A stretch of DNA of 64,000 nucleotides, taken from contig JAJXZJ010000059.1 of the NCBI GenBank assembly GCA_021780105.1, positions 3,230 through 67,229 of the forward strand. The letters are read 5' to 3'. How positions within the stretch are numbered: position 1 is the first letter of the stretch; the number at the start of each line of letters is the position of its first letter. Positions 1 through 8,723 of the stretch are shown here, piece by piece. The notes below the pieces were generated by a model. It had not been told where the DNA came from. It saw only the letters and a list, made by a program, of their open reading frames with translations, and made no database searches. The DNA is from a bacterium (lineage in GTDB: Bacteria; Verrucomicrobiota; Verrucomicrobiia; Limisphaerales; J093). The position numbers were made by a program, and so were the translations under genes.

Positions 1-1077
1 ATCGTTGCCGTCGAGCGTGGCGACGTGGCCCGGTCCGTGGTCGCGCGCGGAAAAATCGAGCCGCTCTCAAAGGTGGAGGTGAAGTCCAAGGCCAACGGCA
101 TCATCCAGGTGTTGCTGGTGGATGTCGGTGACCCGGTGAAAGATGGGCAGGTTCTGGCCGAACTGGACAAGGAGGATTTGCAGGCGCAGGTGCGGGAGGC
201 GGCGGCGACGCGTGATGGCGAACAGGCCAACCTGCAGGCGGCAGTCGCGGCGGCGAACAAGGCCAGAATCGAAGCGGCGAATCCCGAGCTGGCGTTTGCC
301 AAGCGCGATTACGAACGGGCGCAGGGTTTGTTCAAGGAGAAGATCGCGTCCGTGCAGCAGTTGGACGACGCGAAGCGCGCCCTCGAGGTTTCCCAGAACC
401 GGCAGCAACTCCTGGAGGCCGGGGTGCAGACGACGACGGCGCAGGTGGAGCAGGCGCGAGCACGGGTGGCGGCCGCCAAAGCCGCGCTGGACCGGGCGGA
501 GGAAAATCTGGGTTACGCGACCATCCGCGCGCCGATTTCGGGGATCGTGCTCACCCGACCGACCGAGGTGGGCGACGCGGTTTCCTCCATTCTCAACCTC
601 GGCAGCGCGGCCACGCTGATCATGACGCTGGGCGACGTGAGCAGCGTTTACATCAAGGGCGAGGTGGACGAGGCGGACATCGGCAAGGCGGCCTGCGGCC
701 AGCACGTGCGGACGAAGGTGGAGTCGTTCCCGGACGAGTCGTTTGACGGCGTGGTCAAGCGCATTGCGCCGATGGGCCGGGAGCAGAACAACGTGACCAC
801 CTTCGAGGTGCGCGTCACCATTTCCAATCCGCAGGGCAAGCTGCGCGCCAACATGACCGCCAACGCGGAAATCGTCCTCGAAGAACACAAGAACACGCTG
901 CTCATCCCGGAGGCGGCGATCGGGTATGAGAAGGACAAGGCGACCTACGCGCAGTTGCTGGACCCGGCGGCGAAAACCGGCTGGCGCAAGACGCCGGTCA
1001 AGACGGGCATCTCCAACGGCCAGCGCACGGAGGTGACCGTGGGCTTGAAGGAAGGGGACAAACTGGTCCTGCCCTGA
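1..1077 (+). CDS. Efflux transporter periplasmic adaptor (HlyD/MacA-type membrane fusion protein); 5' end cut by window edge
   Basis: Frame 1 is open from nt 1 (IVAVERGDVARSVVARGKIEPLSKVEVKSKANGIIQVLLVDVGDPVKDGQVLAELD). A long Ala/Gln-rich coiled-coil follows, then beta-barrel motifs (ATIRAPISGIVL, VYIKGEVDEADI, LLIPEAAI). Stop TGA at 1075..1077. Two FtsX-type permease genes follow. Confidence 0.85.
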   Translation: MVAVERGDVARSVVARGKIEPLSKVEVKSKANGIIQVLLVDVGDPVKDGQVLAELDKEDLQAQVREAAATRDGEQANLQAAVAAANKARIEAANPELAFAKRDYERAQGLFKEKIASVQQLDDAKRALEVSQNRQQLLEAGVQTTTAQVEQARARVAAAKAALDRAEENLGYATIRAPISGIVLTRPTEVGDAVSSILNLGSAATLIMTLGDVSSVYIKGEVDEADIGKAACGQHVRTKVESFPDESFDGVVKRIAPMGREQNNVTTFEVRVTISNPQGKLRANMTANAEIVLEEHKNTLLIPEAAIGYEKDKATYAQLLDPAAKTGWRKTPVKTGISNGQRTEVTVGLKEGDKLVLP

Positions 1078-1086
1078 CGGAAAACC

Positions 1087-2340
1087 GTGACCTTCGCCGG
1101 CGAAATCCTGATTCAGACCCTGCGCAACATCTGGGCGCACAAGCTGCGGAGTCTGCTGACGATGTTTGGCATCTCGTGGGGGATTGCCTCGATCGTGCTG
1201 ATGATCGCCATTGGCGAGGGCTTCAAGGCCGGCTACCGCAACATGCTTTCCACGCTGGGCACCGACATCGTCATCCTCTGGTCGGGCCGGACCACCAAGC
1301 AGGCGGGCGGCCAGCGCGCGGGGCGGGACGTGCGTTTCACCTACGCGGATGTCCGCGCGATCGAGGAGGAGTGCTACGCCGTCCGGCACGTGACCGCGGA
1401 ACTGGGCGATTCCCTGCCGGTCAAGAGCCGCTTTAACTCGGGGATTTTCTCGACGCACGGCATCACCCCCATTTACCAGCAGATACGATCCATGACGCTG
1501 GCGAAGGGGCGGGCACTCTCGGAGGCGGATTTGAGCGAGGCGCGGTGCGTGTGTGTCATCGGCGACGATGTCAAAAAGCAACTGTTCGCCGGCCGCGAAG
1601 CCGTCGGCGCGCAGGTGTTCATCCGCGACGTGCCGTTCACCGTGGTCGGCGAACTCGCTCCCAAGGATCAAAACAACTCGTATAACGGCCTGGACGGAAA
1701 CAAGGTCTTGATTCCTTACCCGACGATGAACCGGCATTTTCCCGATCCGCGTCCGTTCATCGGCCCCGGCCACGTGGACAACCTCATCTTCATGCCGGTT
1801 TCCGCGGCGGAACATCTCACCGCCGTGCGGCAGGTGCGGCACGCGCTGGGCCGCCGGCACGGATTCGATCCGAAAGACGAGGGCGCGATCTGGTGCTGGG
1901 ACACCGTGCAACAGGCGCAGATGGTGAGCCACATTTACGATTCCATGGAGCTGTTTCTCAGTTTCATGGCGTTTGTCACGCTCGGTCTGGGCGGCATCGG
2001 CGTGATGAACATCATGCTGATTTCCGTGGCCGAACGGACCCGCGAAATCGGCGTGAAACAGGCGGTGGGCGCCACGCCGGGCCGGATTCTGTTCGAGTTC
2101 TTCCTCGAGGCCATTGCGCTGACAATCCTGAGCGGCCTGGCGGGGCTGGTGGCCGCCTGGTTTCTGTGTTCCGTGGTGAGCCGGTTTCCCCTGCCCACGT
2201 TGTTCGCCGGTCTGCCGGTCACGCCGACGACGGCCGCGGTGGCCTTCGGCACGCTGGTGCTGGTGGGCATCCTTTCGGCCATTTACCCGGCCCGCCGCGC
2301 GTCGTTGCTCACGCCGGTGGAAGCCCTGAGATACGAATGA
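1087..2340 (+). CDS. ABC transporter permease, MacB/FtsX family (no fused ATPase domain)
   Basis: 417 aa with a GTG start. N-terminal TM helix (LRSLLTMFGISWGIASIVLMIAIG), a large periplasmic domain, and a C-terminal FtsX-type 3-TM bundle containing the SVAERTREIGVKQAVGA motif. Confidence 0.85.
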   Translation: MTFAGEILIQTLRNIWAHKLRSLLTMFGISWGIASIVLMIAIGEGFKAGYRNMLSTLGTDIVILWSGRTTKQAGGQRAGRDVRFTYADVRAIEEECYAVRHVTAELGDSLPVKSRFNSGIFSTHGITPIYQQIRSMTLAKGRALSEADLSEARCVCVIGDDVKKQLFAGREAVGAQVFIRDVPFTVVGELAPKDQNNSYNGLDGNKVLIPYPTMNRHFPDPRPFIGPGHVDNLIFMPVSAAEHLTAVRQVRHALGRRHGFDPKDEGAIWCWDTVQQAQMVSHIYDSMELFLSFMAFVTLGLGGIGVMNIMLISVAERTREIGVKQAVGATPGRILFEFFLEAIALTILSGLAGLVAAWFLCSVVSRFPLPTLFAGLPVTPTTAAVAFGTLVLVGILSAIYPARRASLLTPVEALRYE

Positions 2341-3590
2341 TCCGTCACATTTTTTCCGAGGCCGTCGGCGCGCTGGCTCATTACCGGCTGCGCTCGGCGC
2401 TGACGATGTTGAGCATCGTCTGGGGCGTGGCGTCGCTGATGCTGCTGCTGGCTTACGGTCAGGGTTTTGAACACGCCCTCACCCGCGCGTTCCTGCAAAT
2501 CGGCAAGGACCTGGTGGTGGTGTTTCCCGGCCAAACCAGCCTGCAGGCCGGCGGCGAACGCTCCGGCCGGCGCATTCCACTCGAATTGAGCGACGTCAAG
2601 GCCATCCAGGACGGCGTGCCGACCGTCGAGGCGGTTTCGCCCGAAGTCCGGCGCTTCTGGCCATGCACGTTCAACGACCGCATCCGCAGCTACGGCGTGA
2701 GCGGCGTTTACGCCGGCTACGCGCGCATTCGCAACGCAGCGCTGGCCCGTGGCCGATACCTTTCGGAGGAGGACGTGCTGCACCGGCGGCGGGTGGTGGT
2801 CATCGGCGACAACCTCCGGAAAGAGTTGTTCAGCGGCCTGCCGGCGCTGGGCAGCGACATCAAAATCAACGGTGTCCGCTTCACCGTCATCGGCATCCTG
2901 GAAAAGAAAACCCAGATCAGCAACTACTCGACACCGGACGACATGACCGCCTTCGTGCCGTTCACGACGCTCGCGGGCATCACCGACGCCCGCTACCTCG
3001 ACGACATTGTCCTGCTGCCCGCCAGCAACCTGTTCCGGGACCGCATCACGGCGGACGTGCGGGCGGCGCTGGCCCGCGCCCACAATTTCAACGTCAACGA
3101 CACGCGCGCCGTGGAAATCATCGAATGGAGCAAATTCCTGGCGCTCGTGACCAGCTTGAGCCTGGGACTGAAAATCCTGCTGACGATCATCGGCACGCTC
3201 ACGTTGAGCATCGGGGCCGTGGGCGTGGTGAACATCATGCTCGTCTCCGTGGCGGAGCGAACGCGGGAGATCGGCGTGCTCCGGGCATTGGGGGCGCGGC
3301 GGAAACACGTCCTCCTGCAAATCCTGTTCGAGGGTTTGATCCTGACGCTGACCGGCGGCTTGCTGGGCTTCCTGCTGGCGGCCGTGCTGATCAAGGCGAT
3401 CGGCTCGCTGCCGTTTCTGGGACCGCTCTTTGAGGACACCTCCGGGCGCAGTGACATTCATCTGGCGGTGTCGTTGTCCGCGCTGGTGGTGTCGAGCACG
3501 ATTCTGACCGCGGTGGGTGTCATCGCAGGGATGATTCCCGCCATCCGGGCGGCGCGACTGGATCCGGTTCAGGCGATCCGGAGCGAATAG
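2337..3590 (+). CDS. ABC transporter permease, MacB/FtsX family (second copy)
   Basis: The ATG at 2337 overlaps the upstream TGA (ATGA). MIRHIFSEAVGALAHYRLRSALTMLSIVWGVASLMLLLAYG... then SVAERTREIGVLRALGA. Same architecture as the preceding gene. The listed ORF start at 1893 is an upstream shadow extension. Confidence 0.85.
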   Translation: MIRHIFSEAVGALAHYRLRSALTMLSIVWGVASLMLLLAYGQGFEHALTRAFLQIGKDLVVVFPGQTSLQAGGERSGRRIPLELSDVKAIQDGVPTVEAVSPEVRRFWPCTFNDRIRSYGVSGVYAGYARIRNAALARGRYLSEEDVLHRRRVVVIGDNLRKELFSGLPALGSDIKINGVRFTVIGILEKKTQISNYSTPDDMTAFVPFTTLAGITDARYLDDIVLLPASNLFRDRITADVRAALARAHNFNVNDTRAVEIIEWSKFLALVTSLSLGLKILLTIIGTLTLSIGAVGVVNIMLVSVAERTREIGVLRALGARRKHVLLQILFEGLILTLTGGLLGFLLAAVLIKAIGSLPFLGPLFEDTSGRSDIHLAVSLSALVVSSTILTAVGVIAGMIPAIRAARLDPVQAIRSE

Positions 3591-3604
3591 CTCCGCCCCA
3601 GACG

Positions 3605-3672
3605 CGTAGGACAGGCATCCTGCCAGTCTCTGAGTTCAGAATATTGGAGACAACCGGGATGGCTGTCCTACG
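3605..3672. repeat. REP-like long imperfect palindrome (GTAGGACAG core) just downstream of the permease operon
   Basis: cgtaggacaggcatcc (3605..3620) pairs with ggatggctgtcctacg (3657..3672) with one mismatch. An inner gtctc/gagac stem surrounds a 12-nt loop. The element starts 14 nt after the stop at 3590. Confidence 0.6.
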
Positions 3673-3767
3673 ATGAAGACATGCTTCAGGGTAGCGCGGC
3701 GGAGAGTTTGGGAAATAAGCGAATAAGTGCGGGAAACAGAGGACTGCGATAGGCGGTAAAAATCACA

Positions 3768-3798
3768 CCGTTAATCCGACGTTAACGGGTCGTTTTTT
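3768..3798 (+). terminator. Rho-independent terminator-like hairpin
   Basis: ccgttaa (3768..3774), a 7-nt loop, ttaacgg (3782..3788), then gtcgtttttt. Confidence 0.4.
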
Positions 3799-3903
3799 GG
3801 GGGGCAGATGGCGATCTGGCTGGCGGCGGCACGAGGCGCGGCGCGGCGGCGGGTTGGCGGCGGCGCGGCAACAACGGCGCGTGCGGAGCCAAGCGAAGCG
3901 GTT

Positions 3904-4125
3904 TCACATGATTTTCCCAGAACCGGCACCGGATGTCACTTCGGGAGTCTGGGGTTTCCGTCGGTGTGAATCACCGACAAGTTGCACGCGGATTTCGTTG
4001 CGCGCGATGCGCAATATCATCCCCCGCCAGCTCGGACGGCCAGAGTAGATCGCGTTGGTGGCGGCAGCCAGTTCCTCCAGTCGCTGCCAGTCTGACTCTT
4101 GAAGTTTCAGACTTTCGCGGCGCAT
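3904..4125 (-). CDS. Small hypothetical protein with a ribbon-helix-helix-like N-terminus
   Basis: ATG at 4125 with GGGGGA about 13 nt upstream. MRRESLKLQESDWQRLEELAAATNAIYSGRPSWRGMILRIARNEI fits a beta-alpha-alpha pattern. It overlaps the junk tail of the frameshifted methyltransferase frame. Confidence 0.35.
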   Translation of the reverse strand: MRRESLKLQESDWQRLEELAAATNAIYSGRPSWRGMILRIARNEIRVQLVGDSHRRKPQTPEVTSGAGSGKIM

Positions 4126-4893
4126 GGCGGGTGATAAATCCCCCAGTCATCGGAGGTGTCGGAGGTTGAGATTGGTTTCCTGATTCCAGGCTACGGTTGA
4201 GAAGGTCGATGGTGGCCGCGCGGTCGCGCTGGGCGGCCAGCAGATTGTTGCCTCTTGTTTCGGTCATCCCGCTAAAAAGAAAATCAACGAATAATCGGCC
4301 GCCATCAGCCAACGACCCGGCGAGCGCTCCGGCAATCTGGCATGGGTTCGGAGTGTGCTCCAACACGTCCAGGCAGGTGATGACATTGTATTTCGCTTCC
4401 AGTGGGGCGACTCCGCCAGGGGTGGTCTCGATGTAGTTTACCCGACCACCGAGCCTCCAGTGGACGAAATCCCAAGTTCGTCCCGGAACATCCACCACGG
4501 TTGCCCGGACATCCGGCCGGTGCCTATGACCCATTCGGTCAAGACCGCAGCGCCGCAACCGTATTCGAGCCGCGTCCCGTTTTTGGGAAGGTGACGCAAA
4601 AGATTAAACCAAGTCTGATTGCGACGCGACCAAGGCAGGCGGGCCACGTAAAAATCCAAAGTCAGGTATAGCCGCTGCGTTTCGCAATCGTCGAGCTGAC
4701 CGCCCGCCAGACGGTTCCATTCGTCGTAAAACGCCTTCTTTCCAGACGCGGCGATCCGCACGGTGTCTTCGACACTCCAGCCGAGGAATTCAGCGGATTT
4801 CCGGACCGCGTTCCGCTGGCGGCGCGCGTTATCCGTGAGCCGAAGGAGTGAAACGGCTAGCACGTCACGAGGCATCATCCAGCCATATTGCAC
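3971..4893 (-). pseudogene. Class I SAM-dependent methyltransferase, frameshifted
   Basis: The N-terminal part, with motif I (RLEYGCGAAVLTEWVIG), lies in ORF 4438..4893. The continuation (HRPDVRATVVDVPGRTWDF...YNVITCLDVLEHTPNP...DGGRLFV) lies in ORF 3971..4558. The frame switch is at about 4514..4530. The fold ends near 4178, but the frame stays open to 3971. Confidence 0.6.
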
Positions 4894-4986
4894 TTTCCGT
4901 GGGCACTGGCCGCTTGGGCAAGTTTCATTTTCATTTTTCCTTCCGTAGGTTTCCCTGCTTTTGGTTGGTTTTCAGATGTGAATAAC

Positions 4987-5029
4987 AAAGGCAGGCAAGA
5001 AGGAACCGGTTTCCTGAATTCCTGCCTTT
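4987..5029 (-). terminator. Hairpin downstream of the 46-codon ORF
   Basis: aaaggcagg (4987..4995) pairs with cctgccttt (5021..5029), with a nested aggaa/ttcct stem. It lies 17 nt after the stop at 5046. On the minus strand it is followed by GTTATT. Confidence 0.4.
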
Positions 5030-5045
5030 CTCATGGGTTGAGGGT

Positions 5046-5186
5046 TCACGGTTGCTCGCCGGCGGCGGCCACGACGGCGAATTGCTGGGCGCCGAGGCTC
5101 TCGGCCGGGAAGTCGGCGGCATGGGTTTCGCCGAAAGTTTTGATGCGTTTGAGGGCGTCCATTTCCGAACTTTCCAGGTGTGTCAT
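5046..5186 (-). CDS. Small hypothetical protein (46 aa)
   Basis: ATG at 5186 preceded by AAGGA about 8 nt upstream. MTHLESSEMDALKRIKTFGETHAADFPAESLGAQQFAVVAAAGEQP. A hairpin lies just downstream. No family recognised. Confidence 0.4.
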   Translation of the reverse strand: MTHLESSEMDALKRIKTFGETHAADFPAESLGAQQFAVVAAAGEQP

Positions 5187-5278
5187 GGTCGTTTCCTTTG
5201 GTGGCTGCGTCGGAAGAAGGCTTACCGCAGGGTCAGCGGAGGTGTAAATGAATTTTTGATGTTTCGACGGGGATTCGT

Positions 5279-5396
5279 GGATTACCGCTGAGGCGCAGAG
5301 ACGCTGAGGAAAGAGGAACCACGGGTTGTCTGCCAATGGCGCTGCAATGATTCGGCCCCAGTAAATCTCCGCGTCTCCGCATCTCCGCGGTCATCC
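5279..5396. repeat. Pair of inverted REP-like elements (CCGC-GAG-GC-GAGACGC-GAG type)
   Basis: ggattaccgctgaggcgcagagacgctgagg (5279..5309) compared with the reverse complement of aatctccgcgtctccgcatctccgcggtcatcc (5364..5396) gives about 25/31 identical by hand alignment. It lies between the MFS stop and the small ORF. Confidence 0.45.
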
Positions 5397-5502
5397 TCAT
5401 TATCCGCCCGGATTGGCAGTTGCGTCGCACGGAGCAGTATTTCGTCCGCACGGAGGGGCCAAACGGCCGCACGGACTGGCTTCATCGGATTTCGGCGCGG
5501 GG

Positions 5503-6819
5503 TCAACGCCGTCGGCGGGGCGTGGTGGCGCGGACGATTTCTTCGCCGCCCTCCAGAATTTCCTCGCCCACCTCGGTCAGGGCGCGGGCCTGCCGACGCA
5601 AGGAACGCAGGGACTGCCGCGTCAGGCCGAGCAAACCGCGTGGCGTGAGGAAATACTCCGCCACCGTGCCCATCATGAGCAGCGGGTTGAACGAGCGCAT
5701 GGTGCGCATCGTGCGCCAGACTTCCTCCGCCGGCCGCGTAGGAACGAGGCCGACCATAAGGTTGAACTGGGAGAGTTGGAAGCCGGCGGTGGTGGCGCCG
5801 ACGACAAAATAGTTCACGTAAAGATGCTGGTGCCAGCGTGGGCCGGCCAACGCCCATGACAGCATGCCAGCCAGCGCCCAGAGCACCGCGCAGACGTGCA
5901 GCACCGGCTTGCTGCCGAAGCGGTCGCACAGCCGGCCCCAGCCCTTGAGCGTGGCCAGGCCGCCGATGCTGGCCACGGTGGTCAGCTTCACCACGTCCAC
6001 CACCTTGAAATGCAGCCCGTCCAGCAGATACATCGTGTAAAACGGCATCCCCACGTTCAGCAGCAGGCCCCACACGGCAATGAAGGCCACCAGCCAGAGG
6101 TAGTTGTGGTCGCGGAACACGGCGAGGAAATCCTCCCATCGCAGCGGATTCGTCTGCCGCTCGGTGACGACCGGTGGAAATTTCATCCGCGTGAGGAAGA
6201 GCAGGCCGATCAAGCGCGCCATGCCGGCAGCCGCAAAAATCCAGCCAAAGGTCAGCAGTGGATCATGACCGACGTCCGCGATCACGCCTGCCGCCAGGAT
6301 CACAATCAGCGTCCAGAAACCGAACACGAGGTTGCGGCGGCCAAAATATTTGCCGCTGATGCGGTGGGGCACGACTTCGGCGATGGCGGCGGACCACGCC
6401 ACGCTCGTGACGCTGTTCGCCAGCGTCGCCAGGCCCAGCAGCAGCGCGAACACCACGTTCCGCGATGGACCGAGCCAGTCCAGCCAGGGGACCAGGCCCC
6501 ACGGCAGCGCGCTCAGGACGAAGCCCAGGCACATGGTTTGGTAGAGGGAAAACCGGCGTTGCAGCCAGCGCGTGAGCGGCGGTTGCAGGAAATTGCACCA
6601 GTGCGGCAGCGCCGCCATCAAGCCGATCGCCCACGGGTCCCAGCCCAAGGCCACCACCGCAAAGGCGATCGCGAACGGCAGGTTCGGCATCGTGAGGTTG
6701 AGCATGGGCACGCTGAAGCACGCCTCGATGGTCGAATACTTCAACGAGAGCAACAGGTCGCGCCGGCGCAGGCGGCCGTCGGGCGGCCCTGTTGGCAACG
6801 GCACTGGCATGGGTGTCAA
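5503..6819 (-). CDS. MFS transporter
   Basis: 438 aa with about 12 hydrophobic helices in two halves. Typical MFS loop motifs are present (GKYFGRRNLVFG, LCDRFGSKPVL). Confidence 0.85.
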   Translation of the reverse strand: MTPMPVPLPTGPPDGRLRRRDLLLSLKYSTIEACFSVPMLNLTMPNLPFAIAFAVVALGWDPWAIGLMAALPHWCNFLQPPLTRWLQRRFSLYQTMCLGFVLSALPWGLVPWLDWLGPSRNVVFALLLGLATLANSVTSVAWSAAIAEVVPHRISGKYFGRRNLVFGFWTLIVILAAGVIADVGHDPLLTFGWIFAAAGMARLIGLLFLTRMKFPPVVTERQTNPLRWEDFLAVFRDHNYLWLVAFIAVWGLLLNVGMPFYTMYLLDGLHFKVVDVVKLTTVASIGGLATLKGWGRLCDRFGSKPVLHVCAVLWALAGMLSWALAGPRWHQHLYVNYFVVGATTAGFQLSQFNLMVGLVPTRPAEEVWRTMRTMRSFNPLLMMGTVAEYFLTPRGLLGLTRQSLRSLRRQARALTEVGEEILEGGEEIVRATTPRRRR

Positions 6820-8096
6820 AGGCGGGCGATGAGGGTTTCGGGGGCGGGGAGCGCGAGCCTTTCGTCCGCCTCGTGTTTGAAGTAAACCGTCCGGCTCGGA
6901 AAGGCAAATTCAAGGCCGGCGGCATCGAATTGGCGCTTGATCGCCAGGTTCAGTTCCTTCATCCCGGCCAGGTAAGCCTTGTAGTCGGTGGAATTCCACC
7001 AGTGGATGACCAACAAGTTCAGCGAGCTGTCGGCAAAGCGGTCAAAACTCAGCCACACGTCGGCGGTCATCGGATGGCCCCGGAAAATCGTTTCGAGGAT
7101 GGCCAGCGCGTGCTCGATCTTCTCCGCCGGGGCGTCGTAGGTGATGCCGATGTTCATCACCGTCTTGATCGTCGGCCGCTTGGACACGTTGACGATCGTG
7201 GCATTACCCATGGTTTTGTTCGGAATGGTGACCAGGTGGCCGTCGAGGTTGCGGACGCGCGTGCTGCGGAAGCCAATGGACTCGACACAACCATCCACGT
7301 TATCGAGCTGGATGCGGTCGCCGACATGAAACGGTCGGTCGGTCAGCACCGCCACGGCGCCAAAAATGTTGCCGAGCGTGTCCTGCGCCGCGAGGCCAAG
7401 GGCGAGGCCGCCGATGGAAAGCGACGCAATCAAGCCGGTGACGTTCAGGCCGAGGTTTTGGGACGTGACGAGGGCTGCCACGATGACCACAAACACCTTC
7501 AACGTTTTCCGGATGAGCGGCAGGAGCGAGCGGCCCAGCACTTCGTTTTCCGGCCCGGTGGCGCGCTGGTGCCAGACGCCGACGACGAGGTCCACCACTT
7601 TGAGCAGAACGTAGGTGAGCGAGCCGGCGACGATGATTTTGAGGGCCTTGGAGAAGAATTCGGCCAGCGCGGGCGGCCAGCGATAAACCTCCATCCCGAC
7701 GTGCAGCAGGATCACAAACGTGATGACCTTGATCGGCCCGTGCAGGAGGTCCAGCAGCACGTCGTCCACGCGGGTCGTTGTCGCCTCCGCCCATCTTCGC
7801 AGCCGGCCGTGGACGATACGGTCCAGCAGCCATGCGGTCATGAAGGCCAGAAAGATGTAGAGCAACGAGGCGAAAAACTGCCAGAGCGGAATGTCGCCGA
7901 ATGGTTTGTGTTGCAGCAACGGCAGGCGGTCCAGCCCGAAGGTCAGCCAGTCAGCCGCCGGGCCAGTGACGGTGACCGGCGGCGGGTTGGTCGGTGCGGT
8001 GTTGGGGGCTTCCGCGGCGTCCAGCGCGGCGCACGAGGCGAACGCCATGAGGATAAGCACGAGCCGGAACCAAGTTTGGGAGACGATCGCTTTCAT
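6816..8096 (-). CDS. Mechanosensitive ion channel family protein (MscS-like)
   Basis: Signal peptide, TM helices, then the MscS core: GLIASLSIGGLALGLAAQDTLGNIFGAVAVLTDRPFHVGDRIQLDNVDGCVESIGFRSTRVRNLDGHLVTIPN. Its 3' end (stop codon) overlaps the start of the MFS gene by 4 nt. Confidence 0.9.
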   Translation of the reverse strand: MKAIVSQTWFRLVLILMAFASCAALDAAEAPNTAPTNPPPVTVTGPAADWLTFGLDRLPLLQHKPFGDIPLWQFFASLLYIFLAFMTAWLLDRIVHGRLRRWAEATTTRVDDVLLDLLHGPIKVITFVILLHVGMEVYRWPPALAEFFSKALKIIVAGSLTYVLLKVVDLVVGVWHQRATGPENEVLGRSLLPLIRKTLKVFVVIVAALVTSQNLGLNVTGLIASLSIGGLALGLAAQDTLGNIFGAVAVLTDRPFHVGDRIQLDNVDGCVESIGFRSTRVRNLDGHLVTIPNKTMGNATIVNVSKRPTIKTVMNIGITYDAPAEKIEHALAILETIFRGHPMTADVWLSFDRFADSSLNLLVIHWWNSTDYKAYLAGMKELNLAIKRQFDAAGLEFAFPSRTVYFKHEADERLALPAPETLIARL

Positions 8097-8126
8097 ACCG
8101 GCAAAACGGTGTGAACGCCCGGCGGT

Positions 8127-8723
8127 TCAAACCTCCTGTGTGTCCAGCTCTACGCCGTCCAACGTCAGGCTCGCGCCGGACTCACCTTCCGCGCCGACCG
8201 GCGTTCTCCCCGTCAGGCTGGCGAGCCGTTCGGAGGAAAGCCGCCGCGTATATTGAGTTTGTTGCCAAACCCAATAGACCAGAAATCGCGCCACCCCCAT
8301 GGTCATGGCCGCGATGGGACCGAAGATGAAGTCGGTGAACGCAAGCACCGCGCACGCCGCCAGCAGGCAGACGCCCAGCGACAATTCCACGACTGTGGCG
8401 CGCAAGGGGCCGGGCATGACGGCGCCGAGGAATTTGTTCGTGCGCACAAACGGTGAACGGTGATCGAACAGGCACTTGATCCAACTGGCACTGAAAATCC
8501 AGCCCAGCCCGATGTGCGTCAAGTAGGCGAGCCAGATCTCACGCAGCTTGTGGCCGTCGCGCCGCAGGCTGTAGAAAATGGTCCCAAACCGCAGCACCAT
8601 GAAGGTCAGCAACGTCACCGCCGAGAGCAGGATGATGTGGTCTTGCAGCGGGCTGATCCGACCGGCCAGGGCCAGCGGCGCCAGCAGGATAAGCGACAGG
8701 CTGGGCAGCAGGTTGAAATTGAA
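8127..8723 (-). pseudogene. C-terminal membrane part of the same GT2 gene (same frame, downstream of the amber codon)
   Basis: The frame is shared with 8724..10004 (both end coordinates are 2 mod 3). It reads FNFNLLPSLSLILLAPLALAGRISPLQDHIILLSAVTLLTFMVLRF... with hydrophobic helices continuing to 8127. Confidence 0.7.

Noticed and set aside
67-1932. 621-aa minus-strand ORF covering the macA/macB-like genes
   Set aside because: It is antisense to two genes with clear family motifs. The product is Arg/Ala/Gly/His-rich low-complexity sequence typical of shadow ORFs in high-GC DNA.
4510-4535. Programmed ribosomal frameshift in the methyltransferase
   Set aside because: No slippery heptamer (X XXY YYZ) or downstream pseudoknot is evident at the switch. 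A 1-nt loss in ggc(c)acc explains it.
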